Origin: Nageia nagi | Taxonomy: Eukaryota; Plantae; Pinophyta | DNA length: 64,000 bases | NCBI GenBank assembly: GCA_050084985.1 | Contig: JBITNC010000001.1 | Location: forward strand, 4,030,001 to 4,094,000 | Reading direction: 5' to 3' | Shown here: piece after piece, positions 12,060-25,400 of the stretch | Layout: each line of letters opens with the position of its first letter | Numbering within the stretch: position 1 is the stretch's first letter | Position numbers and translations under genes: made by a program | The notes under the pieces: generated by a model | The model's input: the letters and a program-made list of their open reading frames with translations, nothing else | Told to the model about the DNA's origin: nothing | Databases searched by the model: none

Positions 12060-13324
12060 GGTGCTTTATCCTGTCATTAGAGATTTTTGGTTTAGTAAAT
12101 GAAATCCAAAAACAAGGAATTGGAGGTAGTATAGATGCCCACAACATAGTAAAGAAAATCATGCATTATTTGTCAAAACATTGACACTGAGTACTTTAGG
12201 ATTGCTGATATATTTGTTCTTAATTCAGGGTACTGTTCTTTGTCATGTTTTAACGTTTTAGCTTATGATTATTATCAATTATGCATCATGACCATGATAA
12301 TAGTTGTATATAATTGAATGGTATTTCTGAAATGAAATGAAGAAAGATTATTTTAGTGTCTGCAGATGACAAAATTAAGTCAACGAGGATTAAATGAAGA
12401 ATATGTTACAACGGACAGTATTTGGATAAGAGGAACCTTAGGGTCAGAGAGAGTTTAGTCGTTAAAACTACAAACTCAACAAACCCAAGTTCAAAATATG
12501 ATAACGTAATCTATAATGGAATCAGTTTTAGTGCTAGAAAATAGTAAAATTCAGGGCGTCTTGAAAGCCTAATGGAAATGCAAGAATCTTTTGATGTTTT
12601 CAACCTATAATTATATATTCACTCCCAAGACTGGTCATTGAAGTTGATTCCTATGGATGATGACTCGATTTATAGATCAGCCACTTTCGTTTTGTCTTAT
12701 TATGGTTTGAATTGATATTTCACTTCTACTTAATTGAATTATGTTGTAAAAAATCACAAACATGCTTTATCAGATTGTCAATTGTATTAAAAAAATTAAA
12801 TGTTAGTTATTGCCTTCACATGGTTGTGGATTCTGAGTTGTGCAACTATGCATGATAAAAGGGCAGGTGAATCCTATTGATTAAGGTGATTAATTTTAAT
12901 TATTGTTGTTCATTTTTTGTTTTTACTTATTTCAGTCATCTCTTAGTCTAATCATCTAGTATAATTTTATTTTTCATTCTACTAAAAGTCACCACTTTGA
13001 AACTGCATCATTTGAAATGAATAATTGTGTAAATTTTTGAATTGCTCTGTTTCATGAGTGTCTAGTGTATAAGTGTTTGTATTATATGTATGCATGTTTG
13101 TTGTTTGATTGCTGTACAAAGGGAAAATGGGTTTTTTATTTGTCAACTCTCTATTGTGTATTTGATATCTCTGGATTTTACTTTTAATTTGCCTTTTTGG
13201 GAAGAATCATCCCTTTTGTGCATATTTAGTAAATCTAAAACATCTTTATGAAGCAAATATAGAGTATTGAAATTGAATAGCAGGGCATATGATCTTACAT
13301 CCTGTGAATTTCAATTCTTTTCAG

Positions 13325-13406
13325 TTGAAAGATTGACATTTGAGGAGTTTTTCAATCATGAATTCCTTCTCCAGGCAAAGAGGAAAGCCTCTCCACAAGT
13401 AAACAG
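13325..13406 (+). CDS. ATG1: ATG1 exon (end of kinase domain)
   Basis: ttttcag|TTGAAAGATTGACATTTGAGGAG = (V)ERLTFEEFFNHEFL...; donor AAACAG|gtagat, phase matches next exon. Confidence 0.88.
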
Positions 13407-16400
13407 GTAGATATAAATTTAACCTAATCTTATAATTCTATACAATATATGTTTAATGGGCAAAGTTGAGTGTTGCCTTCCCTCTCTCTGTCTCTGGCAG
13501 TCATGCGTACACAAACATTTCAAAATCTGATTGTATCTAAATATAAACGTTTTTTGTTTAAAATCTCTTTTATATCAAACCTTATAATATAAAGAGATAA
13601 CTCACATGTAATCACCCTTCATAAATTGGTTTCAGAGCTCTGTCCTTTAACAATGTGATGATATGACTGCAATTATAAAGGATTTCTAGCTCCTCCAAAG
13701 ACACTACGAACCCTATTATATGCATAGTTCAGATCTAGTTTCTACCCTAGGGTTTATAGCAGTTGTTAAAAGCTTTAATGAGGCTTTTGACAATGGCATC
13801 AAAACCACTTTCTGATCAATGTTTATACATGGTACCTGGATTCTGTGTGCGAAATCCAATAACTTGGAGATTTCAATTTCAACTATTATTGTATGTGGTT
13901 CCGGTTATAGATAAATACTAACTTACTATGTTCGACTTTGACATTAAATTTGATAGGGTCTGGAAATTCAGCATTAAATTCGATATAGTAAAAACATGCT
14001 AAAATATTATTATTATTGTTTTACAATAATAAAAATTCATCACAACATTAGATATTAAATAAAACATTAATACTTTGAAAATAACACTTTCAAAAAAGTT
14101 ATATTAAAATACAAAAAATTTAATAATACAAAAAATATAACATCAAAATTTGGTGTAAAATTCAATATGTTATTAATTTTTTGGTAAGGGTAAATTTATT
14201 AATGAGGTTTCAAACAAACAGGGCCCCAAAACCTGTATTTACACAAATATAAATATTCAATACATGAGCAATATGGTCCAAATGAAAACCTTTTGCTAAT
14301 CTTCAGGCTCTAGTTGCTTGAGCTACGTTGATTGTCTTTCCTACAGCTATCTTTCACTGTCGTCATTCTTAATCTTGCAGTGCTTCAAGATCTAAGAACG
14401 CATTTTTACATTTGAAACTTCGAATATAATATCTGTGCATTTCAGATTCAGAGTCATTCACTACTTCATACTTCTAATCAATCTTTTCTTCCAAAATATT
14501 ACATTTTTTCCGGGTTGAATTTGGTGTAGATTTATCATCTAGTTTTTTGTTTGATCCTTGCTTTGCAGAGACAGAAGCCTGTAAAGACTTTTGGTTGCGC
14601 TTGTCCAATGAATTCCGCATTCCTGACTTCCTTGAGTGGGATTGGGTCCCCTCCTTCCCAGTGCCTACCGTCTGGGATTTTCTACATGTGGCTGTCTCCT
14701 CTATTCTGCCAATATTTGCTTGTGTGGGTGTGCACCAACCAAGCTGCAGAGAAGAAGATACTTGTTTATTGCCAGAATCGCCACAATGTTGGGACTCTTT
14801 TAGAAGCTTAGACGTCTGACTACTATGAAGCTCAAAAGATTTTGGACCTGCCTCCATCGATATTTCCTTGTCGCTCATATTTTCCTCGTACCCTGGATTT
14901 TGACCGAGGGTTGATCCCCAACCATGTTACAATGGCTTTTCCTACCCAAGGAATTATCAAGTGAATTAGATTGATCCTTGGGGCGGAATTTCTTCGAATG
15001 ACCCAACTTTTGACAAGCCAAACATCGAATAGAGTAATTTTCATATTCGATAGTCTAGATCCATTCCTGCCATGGCGATGAGATTCTGATAGTTTGGGGC
15101 CAAGATGTTGAGGTCTTCATCCAAACTACCATTCTGACTTTACTTTTGTTATTCCATGTGTCAATATTTTCTACAATTCGCTCATCCAAGAACAAAAAAC
15201 ATACGATAGCGTCACCAATTTTGGAAAGAGATCATTCCAGAACTCAAACGACAGGGTATAAAGATTTATCCAAACAGGAAATACTTCAAGCGTTTCAGTC
15301 AACAGATCAAAACCAGGCCTCCATGGTCGCATGTAGACACCTCTTTGTCCAAAATCCATGTGTGCCTATAATTGAAAACCCTATCTCGATATTCTACCTT
15401 GTCAAAGATAACAACAAAAAATTTTGGAGAAACAAAACAACAAATAACTCACATTCCCAACTGTCCATAGCGAATTTCTCAAGAGATCCTTGCTCAGTCT
15501 TTTCCCTTTGATCTTGGAACCACAATTCTTGCTAGATAGTCTGTTCCCTGGGTGAAATCTGAATTAGACAGGTGCACTGTAGGCAGAGGAGCTAGGTCCT
15601 GTTCCTATAAAACAACCTTCTTCCTCTCATCGCTTGCATGGTGTCTGTAGAAATTTTTTCCTACATCTGAACGCTTGTGTCCTTGCTCTTCTTTCGACTC
15701 GATTACGAAGAATTGAATCTTGACTCCTAGGGCTTCCGTATTCTTCCCTAGAGTTTGCACGGATAAAATTGCGCTTCCTTCCATATCCTCTAAATTTTCC
15801 CCAAATTCAAAATAATATTATTGTTTTCTGTATAAAAGATATTTTAATTAAAATTTGTATTTGTTTATTATTTAAAAAATTAATATTTATAAATTGTATA
15901 TTTGAATTCATTTAAAAAACTTTTAATATTTAATAATAAAAATACGATATTATGATTAATAATTTTTTAAATAAAAATAGTATTAAAATTTATATTAAGA
16001 ATTTAAAAACGTTTTAAGAAACGAAAAAAAATAAATTTAAAAATAAAATAGCAAATAAAACCCTAGCAGCCATGGCTAGGGCAGCGTTGGCCAGGGCCAT
16101 GATGGCCAATTAGTTTTTTTTTTTTTAATTTCTTTTTCAACGAATTAATCATTTTTTTCACCGATTTTAGTTGGATGCCCTTCAAATTTGTTGAATTTCG
16201 AATCTAATGCTTCAAATTTGACGAATTTTGTATAAAGATATTTACTAGCAAGAATGATATTCATTCAATTTTAAAGAAACAAGAAAACAATTCAATGTTT
16301 GACATCTCTCCATTGACATTCAATATACTTATATAACAATTACTAGCAGAAATAATGCTGCAAATACAGTGGCGTCATGGGAGGCAATACCGGAAACTTG

Positions 16401-19400
16401 AAAAAGTTAAATAAACATAATGGCATAAAATCTAGCAAGGGCAACAACGGCACAAGAAATGTTCTACAAAGGGAAGATGAGGTTGAAACCGAATCAATAT
16501 AACAACCCCATAATATTAAAACATGCTTTATTGGAATATAGGTCCTCTCATTCATCCGTGCACAAGGGTTAGGAAAGATAAAAACTTCAAGCATTCATTA
16601 CAATCATAATTTGTAGAAAAATAAAATGAGAATGATATTTAATTAGTTTCATGCCAAAGGAGAGAGCTCTCCTTTCTTTTATGTGCTTATATATATTTAT
16701 GCAATCATGTTAGCCAAAGTAGGTGGCTTTTGATCTTTCGTTTCTTTCATACAAATATTAGTCATGTGACTCTTCATCTTATATGAAATGCAGGAGAACT
16801 TCTGCCACTTCTGATACTATCCTCCCCCATTGTCCATTGGATGTTATTGTCCGCAAAATAAAAAACAATATAATCAGTTAAATAATAATAATGATCAATA
16901 ACTATAATTATGGCCCGCATGTTTTAATATTGGGTGGTGACCATGCACTCATTAAATATTGGAGACTTAATGTCTTAAGGAATATGACAAGCCTCAAAAT
17001 AGTCCCACCAATTTTTTATTGGTTGGAGTGACATCACTCCAAAAGCTGGCAGTTTTATTGAATAATGGGGTGAGGCTTTCCAAAGAATATAGGCTAATAA
17101 TATTTGACAATATCTGGGAAGAGCCCCGTGTAATATGTGTAGCAGCCTTTGGTTAAGATAGATGACAAGTAAAACTTTGGTCAATCTAGACCATTGAAAT
17201 TCTTTAAGGCTGACAAACACTCTAGAGTCTACAAGGATATAAGCTTCTACAAAGCTTAGCTCACACTTAATTTGGTGCCATGTATGCCAAGTGATGTAAT
17301 CCCATTAGAACTTAAACGGGTATACTGCACATTGCAAGTTGCACGCCTGATTTGGGACCGTTTAATCTTGAACAAATATGGGAACAGCCTTCAAATGATT
17401 TTCTGTTAGTTCACGAGCTTGCCATGCATCTTTCATGATGTCAATGACATTAAGGTAACTAGCGGACTTCATGTTTATAAGTGACAAGATTATGATCTCA
17501 TCTTGGTTGGTTGCGACTGTTGAAAAGCTTTTCAATGACACTACTCGGACGTCATATTGGTAATATGGGCAACAATGCACTTAACGTTTCAGCTTGTAGT
17601 TGGAAACATTCGGTAGACTAGGGGCCACAACATCAAACAAAATTCCACCACCCTTCATAGCTTATGAAACTGGAACTTGGCATATTGCATTCTATACACT
17701 TTGCATGTGTACAACCTGATTATGTCCTATGTGTTCATGTGGACCAAATACCAATAGCTGCAAGGGGAAGACCTGAATGGGAGTTGTTGGGTGGTTTTTC
17801 TTTTCTACCCTAAAAGGTTGAGAAAAACACCAACACCTCAGGTGGAAGGGCGTTACCCCTTCCCGCTATGGGGATTGGTTACCCCAAAGGTCACTCCTCT
17901 TTATGTTGCGAGAGTAGAACTCATGGAGCGGTTGAGATGTTTGAAGTTGCCACCAACATGAATATCATGTGTGGATCAAGGGACTTAGATTTATACCTAT
18001 GGTTCAACAATGCTGTTCCAAAAAAATGCTAAAAGAAATAAATGGTTGCGAAAGCCGTGCAAAGAAAATGTAAATTAAAATGAAAAAGTGGCGGAGAGAT
18101 AGTGGGTACAAGGATGTGACTAATATGCATGCGTACTCATGGGCTTGGATAAGGCCTTATAAGTTGATTTATTTGGGCTCGGTGTAGGTTCCACATACCC
18201 TAGATCCGTCCCACTAGCCAACAACACAAATGGTCTAGTGGAAAGAGCGTGAAGTTGTGGCAAAGATGGTGAAGGATGGGATGGAGGTAATCTTTGGTGA
18301 TTGAGGTGAAGTTCCTACAATGAGCGACATGAACAAAACATTCCAAGATATTCAAGCCTTAATTGCAGATGATAAAGTATTAACAATATGTCATTCAAGC
18401 ACTTCGATAGATATGCAAGCACTCTTTCGTCCACCTTGCTCAAGGTTTACGAAATACATCAAGTGACATGAAACAACACAAAGCGGTAATAGAATCAACT
18501 AGATAGCACTATCATCATTCATTTGTATTCATCATCACAACATAAGGGCATATGAAAATAGTCAAATACAAATACACAAGATCAACAATTTTAAAAAAAG
18601 TTTTTATGTATTAGCATGCAAAGTTCTTTCCAAAATTGTCAAATATCTAACCCCTTACAAATGAGCCCATAAGGGGTATAAATAGTTTTTTTGGCAAACC
18701 TAAGTGTTTCCCTAACCCTAATTGCGTGTATCGAGAAAATAAAACTTGGTCCAATAACAAGATGGTGTTACAAGATCCCTTCCAAACTTGTGGGAGCAAA
18801 TCCTCATCCATCATAAGTTTGGGAATAAAACAATAAAAAAATATTTTGTGAAAATTAATGACTATGATGGTGGCCCCAAGGCCGCAACTCTATCTTCAAA
18901 GTCCTCGTCCAAGAACTTGGATGTGAACTCCAACCCGTGTATCATCTTCGAGGTCCCGACAATGTTCCTTGCTATGCAACGCTCAACCTTGTTGATCATC
19001 CTTTGCATCTCAATCTTCCAAGCATGGGCCCTCAACATGTGTTTAAGATGGCTTTCAGTCTGGTATGTGTTGATATCCTCGGTCTTGAATAGGCTTTGAA
19101 GTAGATGTCTCACTTCCATGACTACCAGGTTCGTCTCTTTGATGTTGGTGTCCTCTTCAAGAAACCTAACCTTAAAATCCATTTGTTCCAAGCTTGAGTT
19201 GGCTTTCTCATTAATCTTTGTGACCTCCTTACTCACTTCTTGAAAGCGAGAAGCCATCTGCTGCACCACCCCTAAATAAAACCAATAATCGTCACAAAAA
19301 TTGGCATCCTTTAGTCTCTGGTCCTGAGTCATTTGGAATCTCTCAACGATGGGCCTCCAAGACTCTAATCTCCTAAGGAAACTGACCCCATTGGCCACAA

Positions 19401-22400
19401 TATCTTTTAACTTCTGCTTCTCAATTGAGATCATTTGCAAGGCGTCTATGAACTGTGCCACCATTGCGAATATATCCTCAGTCATCTCTTGCTTCACAAC
19501 AACCCATCCCCTCCTTTAAAGGTTTCAGCTTCTTGAGCTCCTCAGGGTTTACCTTTGCAGACTCTATCTCTCTAGTCAATCTCCTTTGGGCAACTAATTC
19601 CTTCTTGAGCTTTTGATCTCTTTCTCCTTTTGCAGCCCGTCCTTGGCAATTGTGTTTTTTTGTGGCTATGATCGCATGCTTCCTACCAGCTATGCCAATG
19701 GGATCTGTATTGATAATCTGATTTATCTGTTTGAGGTCCCTAGGTCGTTGTGGGTTGTTCTTATCCATGTACACTATCTTGATATGAACTATGTTATCAA
19801 CCAGGTGTACATATGTTTGACTTTGCTTTGGATGAGTGGAATTTTCTCCAACTTGGTCATTGACCTCATCAATTCCAAACTACTCCCCAATGTCCATATT
19901 GAAGATGTTAAGGCACTTGTCCATATCTACACCCCACTCATCATTTGGTGACGGCTGGTGGGTCTCGACGATTGGCTCTTGATTGATGGTGACATTCTTC
20001 TTGGGCCTTTTCGAAGACCTTGCCTCTTCTTCTACATTCTCCTCGGGTACCGCTAATGATCGAGATTGAGATGTTCTTTTTAGTTGGACTCTTCTAGGTA
20101 TTGATTCAGAGGTTGGGCTCTTCCCCTTCCTTTGAGATGTAGAAGGCTTTGAAGAGAAAGGCTTCCGAACTACCTCCAAAATTCTCAAAGATTCCTCCTC
20201 TTGAGCATCTAGGATTTGAATATGTTGACTAACATTCACCTCATGTTTGCCTTCTTCCCTTTGTTCTTCTCCTTGGCTATCATCTGGTTTGTACAAAGGG
20301 CTAGATGATGAGGAACCAGATGGTGGGATGATTGTAGATGGGCGTTGAGTCGGCCCTCTAGGTGGTCTTTGTGAAGGTGATGGATCTTTCTCTTTGTTTC
20401 TAACACACCTCGTGACCTTGTTGGTTGCCACATTCTCCAGCTCTCTCATATCATGTTCATCTATGGTCACTCTCACTTGCTCAACCATTGTCTCAATTGG
20501 ATTCTTGCCATGCATTGAAGCATATTGGCCAACATGTTCTTCATTCATCGAGGGGAATTGTGTAACTCTGGATGTAGATTCTTGTGGTCTCTTCCCTCTT
20601 GGCTGTGACAACCTCTTGTCAATAGTGGCCTCGACATTCTATTGTTGCTTCTGAGCCTCCTCTTGCATCCTAGCACAAATTTTTCTCATCTCCACCTCAC
20701 GTTCTTGAATAGCTCCTCATCTCCAAGTGACTTATGCTCATAAGCCCTTTTTTGTTCCTTTGTGTAGAAGCCATGAATCTTATGCTCTGAGTCATAGTGG
20801 TCTGTGGCGGTCATCTTCTTGAAGTGGAATCTATGCAACTCCTCTTTCATTGAATCCACGTATGCCCAAGTTTTGCATTGATACTCTCCCACTATGATCA
20901 ACAAATTTGAGGTGGCCAATTTCTTGTGCCAAATGTGCTCATGTAAGTAGGCCAACTGCCTCATCATCTTCATCAAGAGCAATTTGTTGCTAACATATCT
21001 GGGTAGTTGATATGGCTCCATGATTGACCCATAATTCCTGATATAGGAATAGTGTTGGTGATGGATGAAGAAGTCTCCATGCTTCCTTAATGCATCCTGA
21101 GCTGAGTTTGAGATCCTGGTCACTGTAATTTCTCCCTTCAACTCTTTGTAGATCTCATACTCCCATCCATCATTTCTCATGAAGAAACTATCTCACCTTC
21201 TTTCAACCTTCCACTTGGGGTAGCATTTCCAAATGGCATATGTTCCTTTATCGATCCATGTTACCTCCCCTTGAGCCGTGGGTTTATACTTACCATGAAG
21301 CAACAAGTACACCAAGTATGAATTGAGGTAGAATTTGCGTAAAGTGCCCATAGATGACAATTGTTCTGCAAGCGTATCACTCAATACATTACTCCATTTA
21401 ATATTCCTTCCCCTCATCATCTCGACGATGAAGCCAAAGAACTCCTTCGTGAACTTAGAGCCATCTTCTTTTCCGAGGATTCTTGACAACATCAAGATCA
21501 TCAACTCCATTGTAGGGTAGAAGTTGTTGCGAGGAGCATTGATGAGAGCATTTCCTTTGAGGCCATGATGATGATTGCTTTGTTGGTCCCATGGTAACAA
21601 GCAAGTGACTCTACTTCACTGTACACGAAACTCCCTTCCGTCATCCATTGGAATGCCTTTTTGATGGCCTCGGGGCTGAAGTCAATGATGACATGCCCTT
21701 TGATGTCCCGAAGCACCCTCTCACCCATCTTCCAATGTTGGCTCACTTCTATGCACAATTCTGGGAAAGGGGCTATGAATAGGACGAACGTGGCGGTGGA
21801 GAGACCTAAGAATAACACAACATTTTGTTTCAATATGCTGATCTCCACATTGGGTATCTTCTCCCTCATTTGCATGGAATCTAACTTCTGCCAATCTGTA
21901 TCTCTGATAGTGGCAAATCCATTCTTTGAAAATCTGGCTCCTTATGGTAGGGGCTCTCGCCTCTCACATATCAAGAGAGGACAGTCTTGTCTCATTGTCT
22001 CCAAATCCCTTGCAATTTCTCTAGCCATAATACTCTTCGAACTAGTCATCTTGGCCAAACGAGTGATGAGTGTCTCCGAAAGTGATGCATGAGTCCTTCA
22101 AGGGTGAAACTACTGCAACGTTGCTCTTGTCTTGCCTCCAAACCTCTTGCGTAAGTCTAGAATGGTGATGGAATGAACTCGAAACTTTAAAAATGTCTTC
22201 CTTCTACAATTCTGATGCAAAAGATGAAGACGAGAGTGATTTGAATTTGATAAAAATGAAGCCTCAAGCTTGTATTTATAGGCAAATTAGGTCATCTTGA
22301 AACCTTAGTTGACCATGCATGTTGAACAATTTGGCCATGTGTGCCAGCTTGGAATTTAAAGTATTGCCACCAGAAACTGGACATGAGGGTGAGCAAGAGA

Positions 22401-25400
22401 CTTCAGGGTGGGTGCATGACCAAAAAAGACAAGATTGTCTTTCTAAATCATGCGCTCAACTTAGGAGTGCATGCTCTTTGGTCGTTGGTCATCTTGGCTC
22501 TCCCACTCGTTTGTCTTGACCTTCGTACTCATGCTAAGACCTCAACTTGTCCAAATTTGCCTTTTCTAGTGTTCAGACTCGTCAAATTTCATCTTCGTTT
22601 TCAACCAGGACACCTCCAAGTTAGGTGCATGTTTTAAAAAGAAAGATTTTGTCTTTTCAAAACGTGTGCCCAACTCTCCAATCATGCCAAATTTGAGCTC
22701 ATGTCTTAGAAAGACAAGATTTTGTCTTTTTGAGGCATGGGTTGGGTTGCACTTGCCCAGTTTGACTTGTTTCTGGCCTTTTGCAATCAGGACTAGTTGA
22801 TTTTCACCATTTTTGCCAACATGATGTCTCCTTGGGTTAGGCGCATGCTTTAGGAAGTTAAGATTCTATCTTTTTCAACCATGCGCCTGCGCCTCTGGTC
22901 ATGTTTGAGCTGGATACTGGCTTCAGGCTCCATGCCTTAGCCAAATTTCATTGTGTGATCACACTGGATGCCTCTTTGTCTTAAGCGTATGCCCCCAAAA
23001 GACAAGATTTTGTCTGTTTGAGGTGTGCGCTCACCTTCTGGCTGTTTCAACTCACTTCTCCATCTTCGAATCTTTCCCGGGCAGCCTTTGGAACTGGGCG
23101 CATGCCCCCAAAAGACAAGATTTTGTCTTCCATTCTGACCTGGACACCTCCTAGACCCAAGGGCACATCCCAAAAAGATAAAATTTTGATTTTTTGAGGC
23201 ATGCATTGGGCCTAGGAGTGGCTCAGTTTGAAAGACAAAAACTTGTCTTTTTGAGGCATGTGTTGGGCCTAGGAGTGGCACAGTTTCACCTGACTTGACT
23301 CAGACTTGACTTGGGTTCCCCTTGTTTGCGTAAACTCGACTTATTCATTTTATAAAGGATTTTGACCTTTGTTCTAACATGGCTAAGACTAGTCGAGTGA
23401 TAACACTTAGGCTTGGGATGATAGGCGTGATACCCAAATAGGTGGAGCTTTTGAACACTTAAGACAAGGATGTGATGTTGGACAGATCTGAGTTGTGGTG
23501 GGTCTCCAAAATCTTGCGATTTTGGGGTGTGTTGTGTAAGTCACAACAGGATTAGATGTGATGTATTAACAAAGGTTTTAGCTGCATACGAAATGGTGCC
23601 ATTTGGTGTGACTTGTCTCGGACATCTTTGAATTTCTTTTGACTTGATCATGATGCATAATTTGGCCTTAGCGTTTTAGAGGGGCATGCCCTTCTACATG
23701 GTACACAGACTACAAACACATTGTGTAATAGAGCCTCCTTACTGCAAATTCAAAGACTGCATCCAAAAATAATAAACAAATGAAAATATCTTACAAAGTC
23801 ATTAAATTTTGAATTAAAACGCACAAATAAACCCAAATATGTCAGTCCAATAAACTTTAAATGTCTTAAAACTCTAGTAAAAAGTTATCAGTAACAGGAT
23901 TCATAGGAAGCTTATAAAGATAAATCTCCCTACTCTCCTTTTGAGAACATGTTTAGCTTTTTGAAAAATTCCAAACGAGGTGTTTATAGAAACTTGCAAA
24001 ATCAGCGATGGAGATCATGAACAAGAATGTAAATAGTTGAATCCATGAAGCTGTTTTATGCAAAGATGTTGGCCTTACTAACAACTATTGTCAAGATGAA
24101 GATGACAATAAAGATATCTAAAAATTTGCTCAATAATGTTGTCGGGGACATTTTTAGGATCAGAACTGCAACAAAGGGAAAAATGGTTTTTGCTTTTTAG
24201 AAACCCTGAAATCTACATCATGTACTTTTATTTAAGTACCAAATTCCAACGAAAATGAGGTAAAAAGTTTAGCTTCTGGTTTATTTCATAGTGATTTTGA
24301 TTTAACATGGGAATCATGTTCGCATGGTTGCAGTGCTTTTTTGATCTTATATCTGAGGTTGGCCTCAAAATTGGATGTCCAAGTGCAGAGTGGTGACCAA
24401 ACATACTGTCAAAAGTGTTCTCAGATGATCACAATATGGGTGATAGAAGCAATACCCTTATGTGCCAAAGTGATATAAGTTGGGATATGCAGTGTTCCAG
24501 GAAGATGATTTGTTTAAGCATATAATAATAAAATATTGCATATTGTTATTAAAGTTCTTTCTATATTGTACCAACTTTAATATTTGTTTATTGGATGTGT
24601 AGTCAAGGAAACATCAGTAGCCATTATTGTATTAACTGATAATGTACTACACTTCTCTTCCTGGGAAGCAGCAGTTCGAGATATTCTTCTCAATATTTCT
24701 TATATATGTGGTAAATTAAAGATTGTTCTATAGGTCATTATAGCTAACAAGCATGTCTATAGGCATATGAGTGCCCCCACATAAGATGAAGGGAAGTTTT
24801 TATTTAGCTCATATTATTAGTTCAAATTTTTACCTTTATGAGTTTCAACACTTGGAGAAAAGTTGTAGGAAACAACGCCTTTGCCACTACTTCTAAGATC
24901 AACATACACAAGATATTTTTTTATTGGAACTTCTCTCTGATGAATCTAGTCGATTATTCTTTTTAACTATTTGGGTGAAGACGCAACATCATCAAGACTT
25001 GAAATCTTTTTACAAAGTTCTTGAAATGGCCCAGAGTACTTGAACATCCAGCACTTTAGTTGCTTTGGGAGCAATGTAATTCAAACTGATGGTGCTATTT
25101 TGAGTATGTTTGTTTGACATGCTATTTCTTACAATGCTCTTACCTTCAGCACAAGGTATTGGTCTATGGTGGATCTGTTGGGACCAATTTTGTGTGTCTA
25201 TTAGCAATTTGATTATGCTACACGACCATATAGACAGGTAACATCATTTAATAAGATGTCTATCTCGCATGGAAATGACAAAAGAGCTAAAGTTGGTGAT
25301 TAGCTATAAAGAGATGTGTAGGCATTAAATAATTGTGTTTTGAAAGTAATTGGTAATGCACAATTCTACATAAACTGTGCATGCGCAAGGGACAGCATGT

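Larger units (their letters stand above)
17785..23548 (-). mobile_element. 5.76-kb solo-LTR-like element with an internal protein-coding ORF
   Basis: TGTTG...CAACA termini; TSD GGAGT (17780-17784)/GGATT (23549-23553); no PBS, PPT, gag or pol; TATA + TCATTTGTAAGGGG + A-rich signal at ~18690-18600 typical of an LTR U3/R region. Confidence 0.75.

Noticed and set aside
13627-13638. PBS-Met-like TGGTTTCAGAGC just after the ATG1 exon
   Set aside because: One mismatch and no identifiable LTR pair or coding remnant nearby
17904-23548. Alternative left boundary TGTTGCGA for the giant LTR
   Set aside because: No TSD there; homology to 10640-10766 and the GGAGT/GGATT TSD place the end at 17785
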